Source: an uncultured Thermoleophilia bacterium (GTDB lineage: Bacteria > Actinomycetota > Thermoleophilia > UBA2241). Taken from it: a DNA stretch of 64,000 bases. The notes beneath the pieces were generated by a model that made no database searches, was not told where the DNA came from, and was given only the letters and a program-made list of their open reading frames with translations. The first letter of the stretch is position 1. Each line of letters starts with the position of its first letter. Shown in pieces: positions 21,002 through 30,662 of this stretch. A program made the position numbers and the translations under genes. Where the stretch lies: assembly GCA_963767505.1 (NCBI GenBank), contig CAVYDV010000007.1, positions 2,195 to 66,194 on the forward strand, given 5' to 3'.

Positions 21002-21202
21002 TCAGCCTCAACACTTCTTGGGAATCAGCTTCTCCCCATCGTACGCGGCGACATCGAGGTTGCGGATGATCCCAACGAGTCTTTGGCGCACACGTGTGGA
21101 GCCGCACTCGGAGCAGACCCTGTCTTCCTTCTGGAGCAGGTGCTCACACTCGAGCTGGAACTTGCGCTTGCAGTCTTTGCACACGAGAGAATAGGAACCC
21201 AC
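21002..21202 (-). CDS. FmdB-like zinc-ribbon protein, probable selenoprotein (…IPKKC-U-G*)
   Basis: GTG start after GGAGG; YSLVCKDC…CSECGS; ends TGT TGA GGC TGA followed by a hairpin. Confidence 0.8.
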
Positions 21203-21243
21203 ATCTTCCTCCACGGAGTTGGCGCTCACATACCCGTGTAGGT

Positions 21244-21271
21244 ATTATACAGCGTAGCCCTTTGAGCGCAA
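21244..21271 (-). promoter_or_regulatory. Sigma-A-type promoter for the zinc-ribbon gene cluster
   Basis: Minus strand TTGCGC-16 nt-TATAAT upstream of the 21202 start. Confidence 0.55.
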
Positions 21272-21346
21272 TCGCGTCGGCGTATGCGTCGCCGGCAAGA
21301 GACGGGCGCTGCCGGGCTCCCTCACAGCGGCGTCGGAAGGATTACC

Positions 21347-21838
21347 ATGCGCAGCAGGAAGCTCCAGTTCGCGGTTCTTGCCGTCACCCTCGCGGTCGCT
21401 CTCTTGGTGGTGGCATGCGGGGGTTCATCGGACTCTTCGGCCCCTTCTTCCGCCTCCGGCGACGTCGAGGTGCTCGCCCCCGCCGATTTCAGCGTGGCCG
21501 CCTACGCCGGCAAGCCACTCGTCGTCAACTTCTTCGGTTCGTGGTGTGGCCCGTGCAAGGCTGAGGCCCCCGCCTTGGCCGAGTTTGCGGCGGCGCACCC
21601 TGAGGCCCAGTTCGTGGGCATCGCCGTGAACGATTCAGAGGACGCCGCGGTGGGGTTCATGAAGGAGTATGGCTTGGGCTACCCAATCGTGATCGACGAC
21701 GGTAGCCTGGGATCGTCGTGGGGTGTCAGCGGGGTCCCGACGACGATCTTCATCAACAGCGACGGGCAGGAGGTCGACAGGATCGTCGGCGCCGCCGGCC
21801 GCGAGCAATTCGAGGAGAGCCTCGAGAAGGCGCAGTGA
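21347..21838 (+). CDS. TlpA/ResA-family thiol-disulfide oxidoreductase lipoprotein
   Basis: Lipobox LVVAC, GKPLVVNFFGSWCGPC, GVPTTIFI. Confidence 0.92.
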   Translation: MRSRKLQFAVLAVTLAVALLVVACGGSSDSSAPSSASGDVEVLAPADFSVAAYAGKPLVVNFFGSWCGPCKAEAPALAEFAAAHPEAQFVGIAVNDSEDAAVGFMKEYGLGYPIVIDDGSLGSSWGVSGVPTTIFINSDGQEVDRIVGAAGREQFEESLEKAQ

Positions 21839-21907
21839 AACGACGGGGTCCGGCGAGCATGAGCCGCCGCCCTCCGCGGCGCTCTCTCCGGCGCTAGGGC
21901 GCCCGGG

Positions 21908-22627
21908 ATGATCGCCGCCGAGCTCACCTCGCTGAGTGCCACAGGCGTGGGGCTGGCGCTTCTGGCGGGCCTGCTTTCGTTTGCTTCCCCTTGTGTCTTG
22001 CCGCTCCTGCCGGTGTATCTTTCGTTCATCTCCGGGGTCGGTGTCGAGGAGCTTGGCGGCCAGCAGCGACGGGTGCTCGGCGCTTCCTTGCTGTTCGTGG
22101 CCGGCTTCACGGTTGTGTTCGTGCTCATGGGTGCCGGCGCCGGAGGCGTGGGGCGACTCCTCCTCCTCTATCGGCAAGAGCTCATGATCGCCGCCGGCGC
22201 CTTCATCGCGCTCAGCGGTCTCGTCGTGGCCGGTGTCATTCACTTGCCGAAGCCGGCCATGAGGGTCGTTCCGCGGCGCATGGGTGTCGGCGGCGCCTTT
22301 CTGACCGGCGCCGCGCTCGCCATTGGCTGGACGCCCTGCGTCGGCTACGTCCTGGGAGCCATTCTCACCATGGCCGCGTCGAGCCAGAGCGTGTGGTCTG
22401 GCTCCCTGCTGCTCCTCGCCTACTCCGTGGGGTTGGGTGTGCCCTTCGTACTGGCCGCTCTGGCTTTCGACTGGATGAGCGCCAGGCTCAAGTTCATCAA
22501 GCGCCACTATCGGGGGGTGCAAGTGACCGCGGGCGTCCTGCTGGTCGTCTTTGGCGTTCTGCTCATGCTTGGTGTGCTGGAGCGCCTGAGCCGCTGGCTG
22601 CCGTCATTCAGCCTCGGAGGCCTGTGA
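21908..22627 (+). CDS. ccdA: Cytochrome c biogenesis / disulfide transporter CcdA
   Basis: AGLLSFASPCVLPLLPVYLS and GWTPCVG motifs; 6 TM helices. Confidence 0.93.
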   Translation: MIAAELTSLSATGVGLALLAGLLSFASPCVLPLLPVYLSFISGVGVEELGGQQRRVLGASLLFVAGFTVVFVLMGAGAGGVGRLLLLYRQELMIAAGAFIALSGLVVAGVIHLPKPAMRVVPRRMGVGGAFLTGAALAIGWTPCVGYVLGAILTMAASSQSVWSGSLLLLAYSVGLGVPFVLAALAFDWMSARLKFIKRHYRGVQVTAGVLLVVFGVLLMLGVLERLSRWLPSFSLGGL

Positions 22628-22645
22628 GGCGGTATCCTAGGCCAG

Positions 22646-25613
22646 ATGGAAACTCGGCACCGCATCGCTGAGATAGGCCCGCAGGCCCGCGCCGCGGCCG
22701 AGGCCCTCCGGCTCGTCGTGTCGGGCGACGTATCGACATCGCGGATCAAGCGCTGGCTCTACTCGACCGACGCCTCCAGCTATCGGGTCGTGCCGGATGT
22801 CGTGCTCGTGGCCGGTTCGACCGACGACCTCATCGCCGCCGCCGCGATCGCCGCCGACTACGACCTACCCGTCGTCGTTCGCGGAGCAGGGACGAGTCTG
22901 GCCGGCCAGGCGATAGGGCCCGGCATCATGGTGGACTGCTTCAAGCTCGACCGCATCATCTCTCTCGACCCCGACGCTGCGACGGCCCGAGTGGAGCCGG
23001 GGGTGATCCAGGCGTCCCTCAATCGTGCCGCGGCGCCCTACGGGCTTGAATTCGGTCCCGACACGTCCACGATCGAACAGGCGACCATCGGCGGCATGGT
23101 AGGCAACAACTCCTCGGGCTCGCGCTCGATCATCTACGGCGAGTCGAGGGACAAGGTGCGGCGCATCGCGGCCGTGCTCTCCGACGGGGACGCTGCTGTC
23201 TTCGGAGCCTCGTCCGGCTGCGAGCTCGCCGCCGGGCTCAAGCTAGGCGGCGGAGCGAACGGGCTGCGGGCGCAAGGGCTCGCCGGGGCCCTCGCGACCG
23301 TACGAGAGCGCTACGGCCAAGCGATTGCGAAGGGCTTCCCGGATGTGCGGCGCTACACCTCTGGCTACAACCTTCGCGAGTTGCTTGAGCCGGAGCCCAA
23401 CCTCGGGAGGTTGCTTGCCGGCTCGGAGGGAACGCTCGCATTGTTCACAGAGCTGGAGGTCGCTCTCGACCCGCTGCCTCGAGTCTCGCCTCGGAGCAGC
23501 ACTCACCTTCGCCGATCTGCGGACGGCTCTCGTGGCCAACGTCGTCCTCCTCGAGACTGGTCCGTCGGCCGTCGAGTTCCTCGATCTCGACCCGCTCCGT
23601 CGCGCTCCCAACCTGCGGACGTTCGCGTCGATGGCGCCCTTTCTTGCCGGGGAGGATGAGGCGATGCTCATCGTGGAGTACCAGGGCAGCGAGGACGATG
23701 TGCATGAGGGACTCGGCCGCCTGCGTACGGCACTTCCTGGGCTGGATGCAGGGGGAGTGAGCTGGCTGGACACGGCGGAGTCCCTGGCGGATGCCGGCGC
23801 GCTGAGGCGAGCAGTCTTGCCGCTGCTCATGGGCGCCCCCGGAGCCGAGCGACCGGCGGCTTTCGTCGAGGACACGGCTGTGGCGCCTGAGCGCCTTGCG
23901 GACTTCGTCGCCGACTTCCAGCAGCTCGTCCAGGCCCGCGGTCTGCGGGCCTCCTTCACGGGTCACGCCTCTGCAGGGTGTCTCCATGTCCGGCCGCTGC
24001 TCGACCTCAAGACCGCCGCCGGGGTCGGGCACATGGGCTCGCTGGCCGGCGAGGTGGCCGCTCTCGTGAAGGCCCATCGCGGCACGATCTCGGGTGAGCA
24101 CGGCTGTGGTCGCTCGCGGAGTTGTCTCTTGCCCGGAGTGCTCGGCGAGGAGCTCTACACGGCCATGGTCGCGGTCAAGGACGCTTTCGACCCATCACGT
24201 CTATTCGGCCCGGGCATCGTGGTGGACGGGACGCCGGTCACTGAAGGGCTTCGCTTCGGCGTCGACTACCGTGCTGCCGGCGCTTGGAAGCCTCGCCTAT
24301 CCTACGCGGCTGAAGGTGGGTTCGACCTGGCGATCGAGAAGTGCTTCGGGGCGGGTCTGTGCAAGAAGCTGGTCGGCACGATGTGCCCGCCGGCCGCTGT
24401 GGACCGTGACGAGGCGCGCAGCACCCGGGCACGAGCGAGCGCGCTCCAGGGCATCCTCAGCGGCGCGATCGAACTCGACACTATCGGCGACAGTGAGTTC
24501 GACGAGGTGCTCGGGAGTTGTGTGGCCTGCAAGGCCTGCAAGACGGAGTGTCCAGCGGGCGTGGACATGGCGGCGCTCAAGACGGAGTGGCTTGCCGAGA
24601 AGCGTGCGCGCAGCGGTGTGCCCGCGTTGGCACGCGGTGTCGGCGATCTCCGTCGTGCGACCGCTCTGGTCTCGTTCGCGGCCCCGGTGATCAACGCGGC
24701 CGCCAAGACACGCATCGCCCGTCGCGTAGCAGATCGTCTGGGCGTGGCTCACACACGCCCGCTGCCGACCGTGGTGCGGCGGTCGCTCACGCAGAGGCTC
24801 GCATCGGATAAGGTCCCCAGGTTGCGCTCGACGGGGAGCGCCGTGCTCTTCGTCGACTGCTTCGTGCAGTACCAAGAGCCATGTATCGGCGAGGCGCTGG
24901 CAGCGATGCTTCGAATAGCCGGGATCGATCTGACCCTCCTGGACGCCGGTTGTTGTGGACGTACGGCCTTCTCGACAGGACAGATCGAGAAAGCGCGCGC
25001 CATGGCCGAGCGGGCTCTGGGTCCACTGCACGTGCGGGCGCGCGCCGGCGACGATCTCCTGTTCATCGAACCCAGCTGTCTCTCGATGATCCGCGACGAT
25101 TGGGCGCGCCTGCTGCCGGACGACGACAGGGTCGCCGAGGTGGCGGAGGCGGCTCGCCCTGCTCTCGCTCTTGTCGCGGATCTGGCCCGCGACAAGCGGC
25201 TCCGTTTCCTCGCGGGAGGACACGTGCTTCTCCACAGCCATTGCCACGAGAAGGCGCTGTGTTTCGCAAGGGCGACGGAAGAGGCGTTGCGCTCCGTCCC
25301 GGAGTTGCAGGTGGACATCCTCGACGCCGGGTGTTGTGGCATGTCCGGTCTCTTCGGCTACGAGGCCGACCATCACGACATCAGCGTGGCCATGGCGGAA
25401 CGTGTCCTGCTTCCGGCGGTGAGAGCGGCTCCCGAAAGAGCTCTGGTCCTCGCAACGGGTACGTCGTGCCGTGCCCAGATCGGCGATCTGGCGGCTCGGC
25501 GCGCGCTCCATCCTCTGGAATTCCTTGCTCAGCGCCTGACGTGCGGTCCGGCCGATGAGGGAGGGCGGTCTCCGTCCTCCTCCAGTCCGTCAGGGTCTTC
25601 ATGGGCTGGCTGA
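22646..25613 (+). CDS. FAD-binding and Fe-S oxidoreductase (GlcD/GlcF fusion, YdiJ-like 2-hydroxyacid dehydrogenase); frameshift near 23485
   Basis: YSTDASSY, RGAGTSLAGQA, ATIGGMVGNNSSG, GSEGTL, then GHASAGCLHVRP, SGEHG, CVACKACKTECP and two CCG domains. Confidence 0.9.
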
Positions 25614-25780
25614 TCCTCATCACAGGCGTTGTGGGATTGTCGATCGCCGGGTATGGTCTCGTCGCTCTGACGATCGGCGCGGTCCGGCGCCGCCAGTTTC
25701 TCGATATCATATGGGCTGTGGCCGTCGTGATCGCCGTGGTCTTGCTTCTCATCGCAGAAGGCGATCGGCTGCTCAGGTGA
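25601..25780 (+). CDS. Small 59-aa two-TM membrane protein (not in ORF track)
   Basis: MGWLILITGVVGLSIAGYGLVALTIGAVRRRQFLDIIWAVAVVIAVVLLLIAEGDRLLR*; two hydrophobic helices around a basic loop. Confidence 0.6.
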   Translation: MGWLILITGVVGLSIAGYGLVALTIGAVRRRQFLDIIWAVAVVIAVVLLLIAEGDRLLR

Positions 25781-25955
25781 TGGCCCGGAGTGGTGCGCGC
25801 GCTCCGTGCCGACCTGCTTGGGGGAGTCTGGTTCCACGGGGCGAATCTCAACGGAGGGTGTATGCCGCGACGCCGGGGCGCGTGGACAGGAACGGATCGC
25901 GGTCGAAGGCCAGTCGTCTTCGCGCCGATGCTACGACGCTCAGGAGGGTGAGAAG

Positions 25956-26543
25956 ATGGCCAAGCGACGCATCCTCGTGGTCGATGATGAGGCGGACATC
26001 CGGCACCTCGTCGGCGAGGCCCTCACGGCGTCAGGCTACGACGTTCGCGTGGCCGCGGACGGCCGGGATGCCATCCGCACGGCCGCCCAGTACCTGCCCG
26101 ATCTCGTCCTCCTGGATGTGACGATGCCCGGGATGGACGGCTATGCAGTGTACGAGCGCCTGCGAGCGAAGCCTGTCGATCTGCGCTCGCCGATCGTGTT
26201 TCTCACCGCTCGCCGCGGAATGGACGACAAGCTCTTGGGGTTCGAGAAGGGCGCCGCCGACTACGTCACCAAGCCGTTCCACATCAAGGAACTGCTGGCA
26301 CGGGTCAAGGTCCACCTCGGTGAGCTGCATCCGCCGCGCGGAGACACTCCCAACCCGCTAACTGACCGCGAGCTCGAGGTGCTGGGGCTCCTATCCGGGG
26401 GCAAGACCTACAAGCAGGTGGCGCGCGCCCTCGGTCTCTCGCAGAGCACCGTGCGCAATCATCTGCACAACGTCTATCACAAGCTCAACGTGGTCGATCG
26501 TGCGCAGGCTGTGATTGTCAGCCGCGAGAACGGGTGGATCTAG
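25956..26543 (+). CDS. DNA-binding response regulator (REC + LuxR-type HTH)
   Basis: ILVVDDE, LLDVTMP, DYVTKPF; LTDRELEVL…TVRNHLHNVYHKLNV..RAQAV; AGGAGG RBS. Confidence 0.93.
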   Translation: MAKRRILVVDDEADIRHLVGEALTASGYDVRVAADGRDAIRTAAQYLPDLVLLDVTMPGMDGYAVYERLRAKPVDLRSPIVFLTARRGMDDKLLGFEKGAADYVTKPFHIKELLARVKVHLGELHPPRGDTPNPLTDRELEVLGLLSGGKTYKQVARALGLSQSTVRNHLHNVYHKLNVVDRAQAVIVSRENGWI

Positions 26544-26603
26544 CCGAGCACGAGGCTGGCGCCTCGGCGCGTCTCCGCCTTGGACTCGACGGATGCCGGC
26601 AGA

Positions 26604-26861
26604 TCAAGACGTCGAGACAGGCATGTCGGTGAGTTTCCAGGCGACGCTTGCGTCACGTCGCTCGCCGCGCCGCCTTTCGGCGAAGGGGCCGGGGCCGCTG
26701 AGCCAACGGTCTTGCCGCCGGTCTCCGTCGCGACGGTCGATGATGACTCGCACGTCGCTTCGCCCTGAGTAGTACTGCGTCAGACGCCCGTAGAAGAACC
26801 CCTCGAGCCTGCGCGGAATCACGATCACCCTCGCCTGGGCGGCCTGCGTCATCTCGGACAT
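26604..26861 (-). CDS. Small hypothetical protein with tandem DRR/ERR motifs
   Basis: VRVIIDRRDGDRR…ERRRGERR; strong AGAGGAGGT RBS. Confidence 0.8.
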   Translation of the reverse strand: MSEMTQAAQARVIVIPRRLEGFFYGRLTQYYSGRSDVRVIIDRRDGDRRQDRWLSGPGPFAERRRGERRDASVAWKLTDMPVSTS

Positions 26862-27109
26862 GGTCTACCTCCTCTGACGCCTCCAGACTACCACCGCGTG
26901 CTCCAACGCATTCGCCGCGGATGCAGCCATCTCCTCTGCAATGCGTGCGGCGGGCACACATCCGTTGTCAGGCTCGACGACGGATTCGCTGGTGCGTCGT
27001 CTGGGGATGTCGTAGTCCCCATCGGCCCGTGAGGACTTTCCCTGTCCTCATTCGGTCGGTACACTTGAGGCGTCGGCAGGGGTGGAAGCCACCAGCGAGG
27101 AGACGCGAC

Positions 27110-29789
27110 GTGAATCTGGCCATCGATGGACGGGAGATCACCGCCGAGCCCGGCGCGACCATCCTTCAAGCGGCTCGCTCGGTCGGCATCGACATCCCGA
27201 CACTGTGTCAGGATGACCGCCTCGAGCCCTTCGCGGCCTGTCGCCTCTGCCTCGTGCAGGTCGCAGGCGCGCCTGCTCCGGTGGTGGCCTGCGGTACCGA
27301 GGTGTGCGACGGGATGCAGGTGACGACCTGCACGCCCGAGATCGACGAGCAACGCCGGATGCTCATCGATCTCTTGCTCAGCGATCACAGCATCGACTGC
27401 CTCGTCTGCGACCAGTCTGGGGCATGCCGTCTGCAGCAGATGGCCTACCGCTACGGCGTCTCGACGACCTCGTATGCCGGCGAGACGCGCGACTACCCTC
27501 CCCGCGAGGACACGCCGTTCATCGCCTACGATCCCGGCAAGTGCATCATGTGCGGCCGATGCGTCGGTATCTGCCAGCAGGTGCAAGGCTGTCACGTCCT
27601 CGACTTCGCGGAGCGCGGCTTTGGTTCATTGGTCACCACCTCGTTCGACCGGTCCATGGTCGACACGGACTGCGAGATGTGCGGCAACTGCGTCTCCTCT
27701 TGCCCCACAGGCGCGCTGCAGGACAAGCTCAGCCGGCACCGCGGCCGCACATGGGACGTCGACCTGGTCGACACGGTCTGCGTGTACTGCGGCTGCGGTT
27801 GCACCATCCAGCTTCACGTCAAGGACGACAGGGTCGTTCAGGTCACATCACGTGTCGGCGAGGGGCCGGGTGAGGGCAATCTCTGCGTCAAGGGCCGCTA
27901 CGGCTTCCAGTTCATCGGGCACCCCGAACGTCTGACAACGCCCTTGATCCGGCGCCACGGGGAGCTCGTGCCGGCGACGTGGGACGAAGCTCTCGAGCTG
28001 GTCGCCGCGCGCCTCGGCGAGATCAAGGTCGAACACGGGCCGGATGTGCTGGCTGGGTTCTCCTCGGCCAAGTGTACGAACGAGGAGAACTACGTCTTCC
28101 AGAAGTTCATGCGCGCCGTGATCGGCACCCAGAACGTCGATCACTGCGCGCGTCTCTGTCACGCGAGCACGGTCAGCGGCCTGCGCCAGTCGTTGGGCAG
28201 CGGGGCCATGACCAACTCGTTCGATGACCTCGAGGAGGCCGACGTCATCCTGATCATCGGCTCCAACACCAGCGAAGCCCACCCCATCGCCGCTCTTCGC
28301 GTGAAGAAGGCATTGCGCCGCGGCGCGAAGCTCATCGTCGCGGACCCTCGCGAGATCGACATGGCCAGCCGCGCCGACATCCATCTTCAGCTTCGCTCGG
28401 GGACCAACGTCGCGGTCCTGAACGGTCTTATGCATGTGATTCTGGAGGAGGGCCTCGCGGACGATGAGTTCATCGCCACTCGCACCGAGGGCTACGACGA
28501 GATGCCCTCGGTCCTCGCCGCGTATACGCCGGAGCTGGTGGAGGAGATCAGTGGCGTGTCCGCCGACGCGCTGCGCGAGGCGGCGCGCGTCTTCGGCAGG
28601 GCCGAGCGGGGAGCCATCATCTACTCGATGGGAATCACCCAGCACTCGCACGGCACGGAGCACGTCATTGCGATCAGCAATCTCGCGCTGCTCACCGGTA
28701 ACCTCGGTCGTCGCGGGACCGGGGTCAATCCGCTGCGCGGCCAGAACAACGTTCAGGGCGCCTGCGATGTCGGAGCGCTGCCCAACGTCTACACGGGCTA
28801 TCAGGCGGTCGGCGACCCGGCCGCGCAGAAGAAGTTCTCTGAGGCATGGGGCGTCGATCTTCCGGACCGGCCCGGTCTCACGGTGACCGAGGTCTTCGAC
28901 GCCATCGCCACCGGGGAGGTTAGGGGCCTCTACATCGTGGGCGAGAACCCGATGCTCTCGGAACCCGACCAGAGGCACGTCGAGCAGGCGCTGAAGGATC
29001 TCGACTTCCTCGTGGTGCAGGATCTCTTCCTCAGCGAGACGGCGCGAGTACGCCGACGTCGTGCTGCCGGCCGCGAGCTTCGCCGAGAAGGATGGCACGT
29101 TCACCAACACCGAGCGCAAGGTACAGCGCGTAAGGAGCGCCGTGACGGCGCCGGGCGAGGCGCGCTCCGATTGGGAGATCGTCGCGGATCTCGCGCACCG
29201 ACTGGGCGCCCGGGAAGGCTGGGACTACTCTCACGCCGGTGACATCATGGAGGAGATCGCCAGCGTCACTCCCTCGTACGCGGGCATCACCTTCGCGAGG
29301 CTCGACGAGGGAGGCCTCTGCTGGCCCTGCCCCGATACGTCGCACCCTGGCACGCCGATCCTCCACGTCGGCTCGTTCACGCGTGGCAAGGGGAAGTTCT
29401 TCCCGATCGTGTATCAGGCGTCCGCCGAAGAGCCAGACGGGGACTTCCCCTTCACGCTCACGACCGGCCGCATGCTCGAGCACTACCACACCGGCACGCT
29501 GACGCGCCGTTCTGACGGGCTGAACGAGCTCGTTCCGATGGGGTCGGCCGAGGTGAGTCCGCTGGATGCCGGGCGACTCGGAGTGATCGACGGCGCCACC
29601 ATCACGGTGGAGACGCGTCGCGGCGCCATCGGCATCCCGGCGGAGGTCACGGACCGCATTCGACCCGGGACGGTGTTCATCCCGTTTCACTTCTGGGAGG
29701 CGCCGGCGAATCGTCTGACCAACCCGGCCAGGGATCCGGTGGCCAACATCCCCGAGTTCAAGGTGTGCGCCTGTCGCGTCACGATCTGA
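27110..29789 (+). CDS. fdhF: Formate dehydrogenase alpha subunit (Mo/W-bis-PGD, Cys ligand) with N-terminal NuoG-like Fe-S domains; frameshift near 29047
   Basis: [2Fe-2S] (IPTLC…ACRLC…C), HxxxCxxCxxxxxC, 2x[4Fe-4S], TVCVYCGCGC, NVDHCARLCHAST, PLRGQNNVQGACD, TFTNTERKVQ, PEFKVCAC. Confidence 0.92.
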
Positions 29790-29861
29790 AGGTCTCAGTG
29801 GGAAGGCCCCCGCAGGGGTGTAAGCTTGATCGAGACCCCGGAGAAAGGTCGTCTCGCAGCC

Positions 29862-30662
29862 ATGGTCGCCGACTATCACATTCACACGGCTCTGTGCGGA
29901 CACGCCGATGGCGAGCCGCGCGAGTACGTGGAGCGTGCCATCGCGCTCGGCATGACCGAGATCGGCTTCGCCGATCATCTGCCGCTCTCGATGCACGAAC
30001 AGCCGGGCTACGCCATGCGCCGCGAGGATGTGGGCGAGTACGTGGCGACGGTGCAGGCTCTGGCGAGGGAGTACGCTCCGCAGATCCGTATCCTGCTGGG
30101 CGCGGAGGTGGACTACTTCGAGCAGTCGGTGGAGACGGATGCGGCGCTGCTGGCGGAGTACCCCTTCGACTACGCGATAGGGTCGGTCCACTTCGTCGGC
30201 GACGGCTTCTCCTTCGACCATCCGCGGAGCGCGCAGCGCTTTGGGCGCTACGGCGTCGACAACGTGTATCTGGCGAGCTACGAGCTCGCTGCCAAGGCAG
30301 CCTCGACCGGCCTCTTCCACATCATCGGGCATCTCGATCTTGCCAAGAAGCACGGACACCGGCCGGATGATGCCGAGCGCGTGTCTGCCGCCGCGTCCGC
30401 CGCGCTGGCCGCGATTAGGGCGGCGGGAGTCGCCATCGAGCTCAATACGGCCGGCTGGCGCCAACCGGTCGGTGAGGCGTATCCGGCGCCGGGCCTTCTC
30501 GTCGAGGCCGCCGCTCTGGGCGTCCCGCTGGCTTTCGGCTCGGACGCCCACCACCCTGACGACGTGGGCTCGGACTTCGCCCGCGCAGAGGCGCTTGCAC
30601 GGGCGTCGGGATACGCCACCGCCCTCCACCTCTCTAGCGGCGCAGTGAAGGCGCTCCCGTGA
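29862..30662 (+). CDS. Histidinol-phosphatase, PHP (HisJ/HisK) family
   Basis: DYHIHT.LCGHA, GFADH, GAEVDY, IGSVH, GHLDL, GSDAH. Confidence 0.9.
   Translation: MVADYHIHTALCGHADGEPREYVERAIALGMTEIGFADHLPLSMHEQPGYAMRREDVGEYVATVQALAREYAPQIRILLGAEVDYFEQSVETDAALLAEYPFDYAIGSVHFVGDGFSFDHPRSAQRFGRYGVDNVYLASYELAAKAASTGLFHIIGHLDLAKKHGHRPDDAERVSAAASAALAAIRAAGVAIELNTAGWRQPVGEAYPAPGLLVEAAALGVPLAFGSDAHHPDDVGSDFARAEALARASGYATALHLSSGAVKALP

Noticed and set aside
26862-27109. Possible Moco/Wco or c-di-GMP riboswitch upstream of fdh
   Set aside because: Only short GC-rich inverted repeats; no consensus recognisable by eye. An Infernal/Rfam scan would settle it.
28140-28175. Selenocysteine in the formate dehydrogenase
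   Set aside because: The active-site codon is TGT (Cys) and the SECIS-like hairpin is absent.
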